DNA of 64,000 nucleotides. It comes from Candidatus Gastranaerophilales bacterium (GTDB taxonomy: Bacteria; Cyanobacteriota; Vampirovibrionia; Gastranaerophilales; Gastranaerophilaceae). This document shows positions 9,925-18,170 of this stretch, one piece after another. The DNA lies in assembly GCA_944326635.1 (NCBI GenBank), contig CALVEU010000001.1, positions 1,685 through 65,684 of the forward strand, given 5' to 3'. Below the pieces are notes generated by a model, which saw nothing but the letters and a program-made list of their open reading frames with translations, was not told the origin of the DNA and did no database searches. A program made the position numbers and the translations under genes. How positions within the stretch are numbered: the stretch's first letter is position 1; each line of letters opens with the position of its first letter.

Positions 9925-10611
9925 ATGCAAAGATTTAAAGCTTTTACTTTAGCCGAAGTATTAATTACTTTGGGAATAATTGGTGTTGTTGCGTCTCTTA
10001 CAATGCCTTCATTAATACAAAGTAACAGAAGACAGGTTGTAGAAGTACGATTACAAAAATTTTATTCAACGATAAATCAAGCAATTACAATGTCTGAAGC
10101 TGATAATGGAAATAAAGCTGATTGGGTGTCAGCAGATACAGATGATTTTTTTAATATTTATCTTAAAAAATATTTATCATATATAAAATATGATAATAAA
10201 CGTGTTGGTACTGGGAATGATTATAGATTACTTTATCTTTCTGATGGAAGTGCTTTTTTGTTTGATATTTATGGGACTTGGGATTCAGCCGGGAATCAAA
10301 CTTCAAAAACTAATGGCGGGCATTTTATTTTTTGTCCAAATTCAAAAGATTGTATAGATGGTGTAGACTATGGTAAATGGGGTAAAAAACAATTTGTATT
10401 TGCTTTTTGGCCCAATGAAAGTGCTGTAAGTTTTAAATATCATAAAAATAAAGGAGTTGAGCCATATTTGCATGCTTGGGATGGTGATGAAGAATCATTA
10501 TATACACAATCTAATTATGGGTGTAATCCTGAGGCAAGAAATTTTTATTGTACAGCTATAATTCAACATAATGGTTGGAAAATTCCTAAAGATTACCCTT
10601 ATAGTTTTTAA
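9925..10611 (+). CDS. Type IV pilin/pseudopilin-like protein (prepilin N-terminal methylation motif)
   Basis: MQRFKAFTLAEVLITLGIIGVVASLTMPSLIQ. C-terminal YCTAIIQHNGWKIPKDY. SD AGGAGA. Confidence 0.9.
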   Translation: MQRFKAFTLAEVLITLGIIGVVASLTMPSLIQSNRRQVVEVRLQKFYSTINQAITMSEADNGNKADWVSADTDDFFNIYLKKYLSYIKYDNKRVGTGNDYRLLYLSDGSAFLFDIYGTWDSAGNQTSKTNGGHFIFCPNSKDCIDGVDYGKWGKKQFVFAFWPNESAVSFKYHKNKGVEPYLHAWDGDEESLYTQSNYGCNPEARNFYCTAIIQHNGWKIPKDYPYSF

Positions 10612-11306
10612 TTATCTATTTCTTTTTTCCATTCTATATAAAAATAAATTGCAAGGATAAAGTATACTCCCCACATTAAAACTGTAGAATATGCTTTTGT
10701 ACCTGAAAAAACGACTAAATCCAACCACATTATAAAAGATAATCCGTTTACTACCATCCATACAATCCATTGTTCTATTGCTCGTCTTACGGTCAAATAC
10801 ATTCCAAGGATTGATAAAAATGTTGTAATGCCGTCAATTATTGGGCTTTTGTCATTGAAATAATGTAAAATTAAAATTGTAATTATACAGCCTATAAGTC
10901 CTATTATGCTTATTATTATTTGTTCTTTAAAATTCAGTTTTATTTTGACAATTTCTTTTGATTCTTTTTTTAAGTGTTGTTTCCATTTAAAAATTCCTAA
11001 AATTTGCATTGGGATATAATAGCAAAGGTAAAGTAACATATTACCCCATAGTGCATTTTTAAATGAGAGCAATATGTAACAACTGGAGCCTAAAAGTCCG
11101 AAAAAATAACAGGAAATTTTTCCTTTGCCTGCAATAATTGTGTATAAAATTCCGCAAATAGCATTAATTATTGCTACAGGATTATCTTTTAGGATTACTG
11201 CATTTATGAGAATTATTGAAAAAACTATTATCAACCCTATTATTTCAAAGTTTTTCCAGCCTTGTAATTCTTTTTTTATAAATTCTGTGATTTTCATTAT
11301 GAGCAT
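10608..11306 (-). CDS. pnuC: Nicotinamide riboside transporter PnuC
   Basis: 232 aa, 7-8 TM helices. CGILYTIIAGKGKISCYFFGLLGSSCYILLSFKNALWGNMLL and the W-rich C-terminal helices are typical of PnuC. Alternative start at 11297 (MKITEF). Confidence 0.8.
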   Translation of the reverse strand: MLIMKITEFIKKELQGWKNFEIIGLIIVFSIILINAVILKDNPVAIINAICGILYTIIAGKGKISCYFFGLLGSSCYILLSFKNALWGNMLLYLCYYIPMQILGIFKWKQHLKKESKEIVKIKLNFKEQIIISIIGLIGCIITILILHYFNDKSPIIDGITTFLSILGMYLTVRRAIEQWIVWMVVNGLSFIMWLDLVVFSGTKAYSTVLMWGVYFILAIYFYIEWKKEIDN

Positions 11307-11322
11307 TGTATAATGAATTGAG

Positions 11323-12324
11323 ATGAAAGTACAAGCGATTTACAATAGCAAAATATTAAAAAAGGGATTGGAATTTGCAGCAGATAACGGTTCGTTATTT
11401 GTAGCATCAGCGTCTTTAGCATTGTCTACTGTTGCACGTCCGCTTGTAATTATGGGAACGCCTGATACTGACAAAGAAAATAAAAAATATGCTTGTGCAA
11501 AATCTCTTGCATCAAGTGCTGTTGGGTATTTGTTAATGCTTGGGGCTTCTTTGCCTGTATCTAAGGCGATTAAAAATATTGATAAAACACCTGGGAAGTA
11601 TTTAAAAAATTCTACTATTGATGCTTTAAAAGCAGGTGAAAAAACACTTGCAAAATCAAAACGTTACAGTTTTGCGACTCAATTATTCAAATTAGGTTTG
11701 GGATTTGTAATTGCAGTGCCAAAGTCTATTATGACTTGTGCTTTGATTCCGCCTTTTATGTCAAAGATTTTCCATAAACAAGATGAGAAAAAAACTAAAC
11801 AACAGGTATCTTTTACAGGTTTGTATAATAGCGGGGTTGAAAGTTTATCGAAAAGGTTTGGGAAAATAATTGATACAAAACCTGTTCAAAGAATGGCTGA
11901 AAAATTCCATAATACGAATTTTGAACAACATATAATTTCTTTAACAGATATACTTGCAACAGGTGCTTTTATTCATCAAACCGCTAAAAGTAAGGGGATT
12001 GAAGAAAAAAGAAAAAAAGCATTGATGTATAATGCTGCGATTTCTACAGGTTTGTGTATTGCAGGTGGTTATGCTTTAAATAATTTATTAGAAAAACCAA
12101 CTGAAAAATTTATTCAGAAGTTTTCTGAAGTAAATAAAAATTCACCCAAATTGGATAAGTATATTGAGGGAATAAAAGTTGTAAAACCTGCGTTAATTTT
12201 AGGTGGGATTTATTATATTGCAATCCCGATAATATCAACTTTTCTTGCAGATAAATTTGACAGAAAAAACCTAATGAAGGAGGGTAATAATGAATTATTT
12301 GGAGATAAAATTACAAGGTCTTGA
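11323..12324 (+). CDS. Hypothetical membrane protein (MKVQAI start; internal VSFTG motif)
   Basis: 333 aa with several hydrophobic helices. TATAAT lies at 11309-11314, only 8 nt before the ATG, and there is no SD. The 3' end overlaps bcp by 35 nt. Confidence 0.6.
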   Translation: MKVQAIYNSKILKKGLEFAADNGSLFVASASLALSTVARPLVIMGTPDTDKENKKYACAKSLASSAVGYLLMLGASLPVSKAIKNIDKTPGKYLKNSTIDALKAGEKTLAKSKRYSFATQLFKLGLGFVIAVPKSIMTCALIPPFMSKIFHKQDEKKTKQQVSFTGLYNSGVESLSKRFGKIIDTKPVQRMAEKFHNTNFEQHIISLTDILATGAFIHQTAKSKGIEEKRKKALMYNAAISTGLCIAGGYALNNLLEKPTEKFIQKFSEVNKNSPKLDKYIEGIKVVKPALILGGIYYIAIPIISTFLADKFDRKNLMKEGNNELFGDKITRS

Positions 12325-12742
12325 TAAAGGCGGTAATGAAAAAGAATATACTTTAGCTGATTTTAAAGGGCAAAAAGTTGTATTGTATTTTTATCCAAAA
12401 GATAATACATCAGGTTGTACGCAAGAAGCTTGTGATTTTAGAGATAATATGAACAGAATTACATCTTCTGCTACTGTAATAGGCGTTAGTCCTAATGATA
12501 TTAAAAGTCATAAAAAATTTAAAGAAAAACAGGATTTGAATTTCCTTTTACTTTCAGATACTGAACATACATTATCTGAAGCTTTTAATGTTTGGAAAGA
12601 AAAATCTATGTATGGTAAAAAATATATGGGCATTGAACGTTCTACATTTATTCTTGATGAAAATGGGCATATAATTCAAGAATGGAGAAAAGTAAAAGTT
12701 AATGGGCATGTTGACGAAATTCTAAAATACTTAAACAATTAA
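12290..12742 (+). CDS. bcp: Thioredoxin-dependent thiol peroxidase (peroxiredoxin Bcp)
   Basis: KVVLYFYPKDNTSGCTQEACDFRD is the peroxidatic Cys motif. SD AGGAGG. Confidence 0.9.
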   Translation: MNYLEIKLQGLDKGGNEKEYTLADFKGQKVVLYFYPKDNTSGCTQEACDFRDNMNRITSSATVIGVSPNDIKSHKKFKEKQDLNFLLLSDTEHTLSEAFNVWKEKSMYGKKYMGIERSTFILDENGHIIQEWRKVKVNGHVDEILKYLNN

Positions 12743-13395
12743 TTAGAACGTTTTAAACTGTATGGCGTTTCATACTTAAGCGGTAAATTTTTAGTATTAT
12801 CTATAATTCTTTGTAATTTATTGATAAATTTTTTATTGTTAATATTTGAAGGTCTTTTTATTAAAGTCCATAATTGACCTCCGCTTAATTTTTTACCTGT
12901 TAATTTTTTTTCATCAATTCTAAACTGGATATATGCTTCGGAGTATTTAATTTGTTGCTCGCGAGGCATATTGTAGTATTCAGTTATTGTTACATTTTTC
13001 AATTTATGTCCATTTTTATTTGCATGATTAATTGCTGTTTTTAATGCTGCTGCGTCCATTTGTATTAATCCATAAACACCTGCTCCCTTTGCAGCAGGGT
13101 CAAATCTTGATTCTTTAAAGATTATTGCAGCAAGATCTTCTGGGTTACAATTGAGTCTTTCAGAAACAGCTGTAAGTTCATCAAAAAATTCTTGTGAAAG
13201 GCGAGGAAAAACTTTTGTCCAGTTATCATGAAGTTCTTTACTAATACTTTTTTCGTTTTTAGTTTCTATAGATTCAGCTGGTTTTTTGAAATTGAAAACA
13301 GATTTGAACATTGGAAGTTCATATTTCAGCTCCGGTAATTTTATAGAATCAGGTCTTAGTGGTCCTATTCCTTTAATATTATTATCGTTACTCAT
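12739..13395 (-). CDS. Lytic transglycosylase (SLT domain) protein
   Basis: AAIIFKESRFDPAAKGAGVYGLIQM contains the catalytic E-S and the GL[MI]Q motif. No obvious signal peptide. Confidence 0.7.
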   Translation of the reverse strand: MSNDNNIKGIGPLRPDSIKLPELKYELPMFKSVFNFKKPAESIETKNEKSISKELHDNWTKVFPRLSQEFFDELTAVSERLNCNPEDLAAIIFKESRFDPAAKGAGVYGLIQMDAAALKTAINHANKNGHKLKNVTITEYYNMPREQQIKYSEAYIQFRIDEKKLTGKKLSGGQLWTLIKRPSNINNKKFINKLQRIIDNTKNLPLKYETPYSLKRSN

Positions 13396-13470
13396 AAAAA
13401 CATTAACCTTTCTTACGAGATATTTATACGTCAGAAAGATTGAATAACTTTAGAGATTATTAAATTTTTG

Positions 13471-14379
13471 TTACATTTTTATATTTTTACCAAGTTCTTT
13501 AATAGTTTTGAGATCTTCTTCCGGTGCTTTACCTACGGTTGTAAGATAATTCCCTACCATAATCCCTTCAACACAGCTATTTAGAGCTTTACGTTGATTT
13601 TCTTCGGATAATCTCATTCTTCCGCCACAAAAACGTAAGATTGAATTTGGATTTGCAATTTTGAAAATTGCTAAAGTTCTTAAAATATTTTCTTCATCAA
13701 TTTTGTCATGATAATTTTCAAATGGAGTTTCAGGTATTGGCATTAAAATATTTATGGGAATTGAATCAGGTTGAATTTCTGCAAGTTCAAGAGCCATTTC
13801 AATTCTTTGTTCAATGCTTTCTCCCATACCTAAAATAACGCCGCAACATAATTCCATTCCGTATTTTTTTACTAATTTGCAGGTGTTTAATCTATCATCC
13901 CAGCTATGAGTAGTGCATATGCTTGGGTAGTATGATCTTGATGTATTTATATTATGATGAAATCTTTTTAGTCCTATTTCAGATAATTTTTTTGCTTGTT
14001 CTTCATTTAGAATCCCGATTGAAGCACAGCTTTTTAGTCCGTCAATTTTATTTACTTCTTCAATCATTTTTAATATAGTGTCAAAATCGCTTTCATCAGG
14101 AGTTTTTCCTGATGTTACAATTGCAAATCTTGATGCTTTATGGGATTTTGCTTCTAATGCTACTTTTTTAACTTCTTCTAATGGGACAAGAGGATAAGAT
14201 TCAATATTTGTGCAGTAATGAGAGCTTTGTGCACAATATTTGCAATTTTGTGAACATTTACCGTTTCTTGCATTAATAAGAGAACAAAATTCAATATCTT
14301 CTTTTATATATTTTGATGCTGTTTTTAAAAGTGTATTTAAATCTTCATTGTAAAGTCTTAATAATTCTTCTTTATTCAT
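13471..14379 (-). CDS. bioB: Biotin synthase
   Basis: Radical-SAM CSQNCKYCAQ, then RFAIVTSG and CCGVILGMGE. Start set at MNKEEL (14379, SD AGAGGA) because a TTGACT-17-TATGAT promoter would place the 14403 ATG upstream of the transcription start. Confidence 0.9.
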   Translation of the reverse strand: MNKEELLRLYNEDLNTLLKTASKYIKEDIEFCSLINARNGKCSQNCKYCAQSSHYCTNIESYPLVPLEEVKKVALEAKSHKASRFAIVTSGKTPDESDFDTILKMIEEVNKIDGLKSCASIGILNEEQAKKLSEIGLKRFHHNINTSRSYYPSICTTHSWDDRLNTCKLVKKYGMELCCGVILGMGESIEQRIEMALELAEIQPDSIPINILMPIPETPFENYHDKIDEENILRTLAIFKIANPNSILRFCGGRMRLSEENQRKALNSCVEGIMVGNYLTTVGKAPEEDLKTIKELGKNIKM

Positions 14380-14398
14380 CTTAAATCCTCTGGGATTA

Positions 14399-14442
14399 AT
14401 CATATATCCTTAATTGACTAAAGTCAAATCATATGTTAAAAT
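14399..14442. promoter_or_regulatory. Back-to-back divergent promoters sharing a palindromic -35 (TTGACTaaAGTCAA)
   Basis: Plus strand: TTGACT(14414-19)-17 nt-TAAAAT(14437-42). Minus strand: TTGACT(14427-22)-17 nt-TATGAT(14404-14399). Confidence 0.5.
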
Positions 14443-14463
14443 TGGCTCACAAAGGAGCAGAAT

Positions 14464-15129
14464 ATGTTTTGTCCGAACTGTGGAAAACAAATTAAAGATT
14501 ATGATAATTTTTGCAGATACTGCGGTATTGATTTAAAAAATGATAATTTCGATCAAGAGCAAGATAAAGAAGTGTTTATTGAAAGACCTGAACGTCACCA
14601 GGAAGTTGTTAATTTGGATGACAACAAGATAAAAAAAGAAGAATATAAACTTCCTGATGAAAATGCAGAAGAACTTGTTTTATTTGACATAAAAAAACAT
14701 TGGATGGCTCTTTTTTGGCCTATTGTTATGACTCCTGTATTTTTTGTTTATTTTTGGACGATATTTTTAAATACTCATAGTTTTTTTAGTTGGGTAGTCG
14801 TATTTTTATTATTATTGCCTATTGTATACCCTATTTTAAGATTTAATTCTGATAAAATAATAATTACAACTAAATATGCTCATATTAAAATTGGAGTTTT
14901 AAATCCTGAAGAAATTGACATTCCTTTGAACAAACTTGATATTGTAGATGTTTATCAAACTACAATGGGTAGAATACTTAATTATGGAATGGTTTCTTTT
15001 ACCTATAAATCAGAAAGATTTGATTATAGCTATATTAAATCTCCGGAAGATTTGCAGTATATAATTGATGATCCTGCAAGATTTGTGCATGAAGCATTAG
15101 AAGATGATGAAATTCCTGTTAAGGATTAA
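14464..15129 (+). CDS. Zinc-ribbon plus membrane-anchored bacterial PH (YdbT/bPH_2-like) domain protein
   Basis: N-terminal CPNCGKQIKDYDNFCRYCG, two TM helices, and a C-terminal ~80-aa domain (IIITTKYAHIKIG...GMVSF). Confidence 0.6.
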   Translation: MFCPNCGKQIKDYDNFCRYCGIDLKNDNFDQEQDKEVFIERPERHQEVVNLDDNKIKKEEYKLPDENAEELVLFDIKKHWMALFWPIVMTPVFFVYFWTIFLNTHSFFSWVVVFLLLLPIVYPILRFNSDKIIITTKYAHIKIGVLNPEEIDIPLNKLDIVDVYQTTMGRILNYGMVSFTYKSERFDYSYIKSPEDLQYIIDDPARFVHEALEDDEIPVKD

Positions 15130-15140
15130 TTTTTGCAATT

Positions 15141-15794
15141 CTATTTTATATTTTCAAATTTAACTTTGTTTGAATATAAATTGTCGATTAATTGTGCAAT
15201 ATTGTCTTTGTCTTTTTGAGGAATTGTTTTTATATTGTCATAATTTCTTGTGTTGATTTTTGGAGGTTCTATTGGCTTGTATTCTAAATTTCTATTATTT
15301 ACCCAACTTGTTACTTTTTCTGTTACTGGGTCTATTTTTTTGATTATACTAACTGTTTTCCCATCACGTTTATAAATTGATATTGTAACTATTTTTCCTG
15401 TTTCTATATCATATTCTTGAATTGATGAAATTTTAGTTTCATCTTTTACATTAAAGTTAATAGTACGAATTTTTTTACCTGTATTAATATCATATTCATC
15501 AACAGATTTGTATAAAACGTAATTTATTGTACGGATTTTTTTACCTGTTTTCCTGTCATATTCATCAATTGAGCGAATTTTTTTATCATTGAAATAGTCG
15601 TAATGTGTTGTTTTAATTTTTGATCCTGTTTGAGTATCAAATTCGATAATTCTATCAACAGATTTTCCATTTTTACGATATATTACTTCTTCTCTTGTTT
15701 CAGGATGCATATTTGAATAAAGAAGTTTTAAATGAGAATCTTCTTTTTCAGATTTGTGTGGTAACACTTTGTGGATAGCAGTTAGTAGTTTCAT
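15141..15794 (-). CDS. Hypothetical tandem-repeat protein (E-Y-D-x-x-T-G-K-K-I-R-T-I-N-[YF] repeats)
   Basis: At least 5 copies of a ~22-25-aa unit: FDTQTGSKIKTTHY, EYDRKTGKKIRTINY, EYDINTGKKIRTINF, EYDIETGKIVTISIY, IDPVTEKVTSWV. Confidence 0.65.
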   Translation of the reverse strand: MKLLTAIHKVLPHKSEKEDSHLKLLYSNMHPETREEVIYRKNGKSVDRIIEFDTQTGSKIKTTHYDYFNDKKIRSIDEYDRKTGKKIRTINYVLYKSVDEYDINTGKKIRTINFNVKDETKISSIQEYDIETGKIVTISIYKRDGKTVSIIKKIDPVTEKVTSWVNNRNLEYKPIEPPKINTRNYDNIKTIPQKDKDNIAQLIDNLYSNKVKFENIK

Positions 15795-15919
15795 TTTAAA
15801 TTTCTCCTACATATATAATACATGATAAAATAATTTTTACTATTTTATGTAAAGTATTATATATTATTCAAATTAGTAACATATTACCCGATACGGCAGA
15901 TTTGTTATATAGTAACATA

Positions 15920-16261
15920 TTAACTTCTTTTTGCTAAAAGTTTCAAGAAAGTTTTATAATCAGTTCCCCAGCTCGCCATTGCATTTAATACTGTTGCAAG
16001 GCTGTAACCTACATCTGTAAGAGTATATTCTACTCTAGGAGGGATTTCCGGAAATACTTCTCTTTTGACAAGTCCATCATCTTCCATTTGCCTCAAATTA
16101 TGAGTGAGAACTTTTTGTGAAATTCCGCTGCAGGATTTTTTTAATTCACCGAAACGCTTTGTCCCATTTAACAAATCCCTTATAATTAATATTTTCCATT
16201 TTTCCCCAATAAGTTTTAATGTTGTTTCCACAGGACATTTAGGTAGTTCTTTTAATTCCAT
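15920..16261 (-). CDS. HxlR-family transcriptional regulator
   Basis: CPVETTLKLIGEKWKILIIRDLLNGTKRFGELKK...EVFPEIPPRVEYTLTDVG. Confidence 0.9.
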   Translation of the reverse strand: MELKELPKCPVETTLKLIGEKWKILIIRDLLNGTKRFGELKKSCSGISQKVLTHNLRQMEDDGLVKREVFPEIPPRVEYTLTDVGYSLATVLNAMASWGTDYKTFLKLLAKRS

Positions 16262-16321
16262 AAAACCTCAATTAGTATCTTTTGGTAAGTAAGGATATTT
16301 TTATCCTAACAAATTTCAAAA

Positions 16322-16356
16322 AAAAAGTCAAAAAAAAAGATCGCTAGGTGCGATCT
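16322..16356 (-). terminator. Intrinsic terminator of the DJ-1/PfpI gene, overlapping its stop codon
   Basis: Minus strand reads AGATCGCacctaGCGATCT followed by TTTTTTTTT. The TAG stop lies in the loop/stem. Confidence 0.7.
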
Positions 16357-17075
16357 AAATAGTTAATTATAGCTTTTGCAAATGCTTTACTGGATTGAAA
16401 ATTTTGTCCTGTAATTAAATTACCGTCTTCAGTTATATTTACTGCACCGATATCGCATTGGACAAATTGAGCTCCTGCATTTTTTAAAGTATCTTCCAGA
16501 TAATAAGGAAGCAAATTTTCTTTATTGTAATAATGTTCTTCTTCATTTGTAAAACAAGTTAATTTTTTGCCATTTACAAAAGAAATCCCATTTTTTACTG
16601 CTGATAAAAGTCCTGCAGGCCCATGACAGATTGCTGCAATAAGTTTTTGTTTTGTGGAAAAATCATTAATAATTTCTCCAAGCGTATTATTTTTGTACAA
16701 ATCAATCATAGGTCCATGTCCTCCTGGAAGTACAAGGGCATCGAAGGATTTATAATCTATTGAATCCAGTTTGTCAGTTTTTTCAAGTGCTGTTTTAGCT
16801 TTTTCCCAATTATTTCCATTTCCCAAATTTTCACTTTCAGGATCTATTGGTGCTTGACCACCATTTGGACTTGCTACTGTAACTTTATATCCTTTTTCGA
16901 CAAATGCAAGATATGGTATTGCAAATTCTTCAAGCCATAATCCTGTTTTATGTTTGTTATTAAACTCATTTACACTTGTCACAACCATTAATATATTTTT
17001 TACAGGTGTTTCAAAATGGCACATTTCACAAAATTCTGTTTCGCAAATTGCCTTATCTTTATTATTTTCAGACAT
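16344..17075 (-). CDS. DJ-1/PfpI family protein (class I glutamine-amidotransferase-like; Hsp31/glyoxalase-III type)
   Basis: LIAAICHGPAGL nucleophile-elbow Cys, DALVLPGGHGP. Has a 25-aa N-terminal extension containing CETEFCEMCH. Strong SD AAAGGAGGAAAT. Confidence 0.85.
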   Translation of the reverse strand: MSENNKDKAICETEFCEMCHFETPVKNILMVVTSVNEFNNKHKTGLWLEEFAIPYLAFVEKGYKVTVASPNGGQAPIDPESENLGNGNNWEKAKTALEKTDKLDSIDYKSFDALVLPGGHGPMIDLYKNNTLGEIINDFSTKQKLIAAICHGPAGLLSAVKNGISFVNGKKLTCFTNEEEHYYNKENLLPYYLEDTLKNAGAQFVQCDIGAVNITEDGNLITGQNFQSSKAFAKAIINYLDRT

Positions 17076-17080
17076 AAAAA

Positions 17081-17123
17081 ATTTCCTCCTTTTAAGATTA
17101 ATGAAATCATGAAAGGAGGAAAT
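17081..17123 (-). promoter_or_regulatory. 12-bp perfect hairpin acting as the PiT terminator; its 3' arm is the SD of the DJ-1 gene
   Basis: mRNA sense: AUUUCCUCCUUU, a 19-nt loop, AAAGGAGGAAAU, then UUUUU-AUG. It starts 18 nt after the PiT stop codon. Confidence 0.65.
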
Positions 17124-17141
17124 CTACATTGGTAATAATAA

Positions 17142-18158
17142 CTATATAATTTTATAAATCAGATAATAAATTATTGATGAAATAATCATACAAGCAGGTA
17201 TTGTAACTACCCAAGCAATTACGATATTTCCAACAACTCTCCATTTTACGGCGTGTGCATGGAATGTGGAACCTACTCCCATAATTGCTGTTGAGATAAC
17301 GTGTGTTGTGCTCAATGGAATTCCAAAATGAGATGCTGCCAGAATTAATCCTGCAGCAGATGTTTCAGCTGCGAAGCCATGGATAGGTTTAAGTTTAATA
17401 ATTTTATGTCCCATTGTTTTGATAATTTTCCAACCGCCATTCATTGTCCCTGCAGCCATTGTAAGCGCACAAGTAATAATTACATAAATTGGAATTTCGA
17501 AATCCCCTGTAGGGCTTTTATGGAGAACTCCTCCTGCAAGTAATGCAAGTGTGATTATACCCATAGTTTTTTGAGCATCATTTGAACCATGGCTTAGTGC
17601 CATAAGTCCTGATGATAGTAATTGTAATTTTCTAAATTGTTTATTAACAGTGTTTGGAGTTTCTCTCAGAACAATTACAACCCAAGCTATTAAAAGCATT
17701 AAAGTAAAACCAACGCAAAATCCCAATACTGGAGATGTAAACATAGGAATTATTACTTTATCTATAAGTGTATGGAAATGTACAACATCAATTCCTGCTT
17801 TTACTATTGAAGCTCCTAGTAACCCTCCGATTAGTGCGTGTGATGAACTTGATGGAAGTCCCAGCCACCAGGTGAATAAATTCCATATAACAGCGGCTAA
17901 AAGTGCACAAAATATTACGGTTAAAGTTATTAAATCAGCATTTACAATACCTGAACCGATAGTTTTTGCAACGTGAGTACCGGTTAGAGCTCCGATAAAT
18001 TCTAAGCTTGCTCCAAATAGTACGGCTTGTTTTGGAGAAAGAACTTTTGTAGATACAACAGTTGCAATTGCGTTTGCACAATCATGAAATCCGTTGATAA
18101 ACTCAAATGCCAAAGCAACTAATACAACTGCTATTAAAAGTAAAATAGTTATACTCAT
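17142..18158 (-). CDS. Inorganic phosphate transporter, PiT (PHO4) family
   Basis: 338 aa, polytopic. FEFINGFHDCANAIATVV and GSNDAQKTMGII are the duplicated PiT signatures. Confidence 0.9.
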   Translation of the reverse strand: MSITILLLIAVVLVALAFEFINGFHDCANAIATVVSTKVLSPKQAVLFGASLEFIGALTGTHVAKTIGSGIVNADLITLTVIFCALLAAVIWNLFTWWLGLPSSSSHALIGGLLGASIVKAGIDVVHFHTLIDKVIIPMFTSPVLGFCVGFTLMLLIAWVVIVLRETPNTVNKQFRKLQLLSSGLMALSHGSNDAQKTMGIITLALLAGGVLHKSPTGDFEIPIYVIITCALTMAAGTMNGGWKIIKTMGHKIIKLKPIHGFAAETSAAGLILAASHFGIPLSTTHVISTAIMGVGSTFHAHAVKWRVVGNIVIAWVVTIPACMIISSIIYYLIYKII

Positions 18159-18170
18159 TTTTTACCTTGC

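Noticed and set aside
14380-14403. Eight-codon N-terminal extension of bioB (MINPRGFK)
   Set aside because: The ATG at 14403 sits within the predicted -10 (TATGAT) of the bioB promoter. The downstream ATG at 14379 has its own SD (AGAGGA). It is retained only as an alternative.
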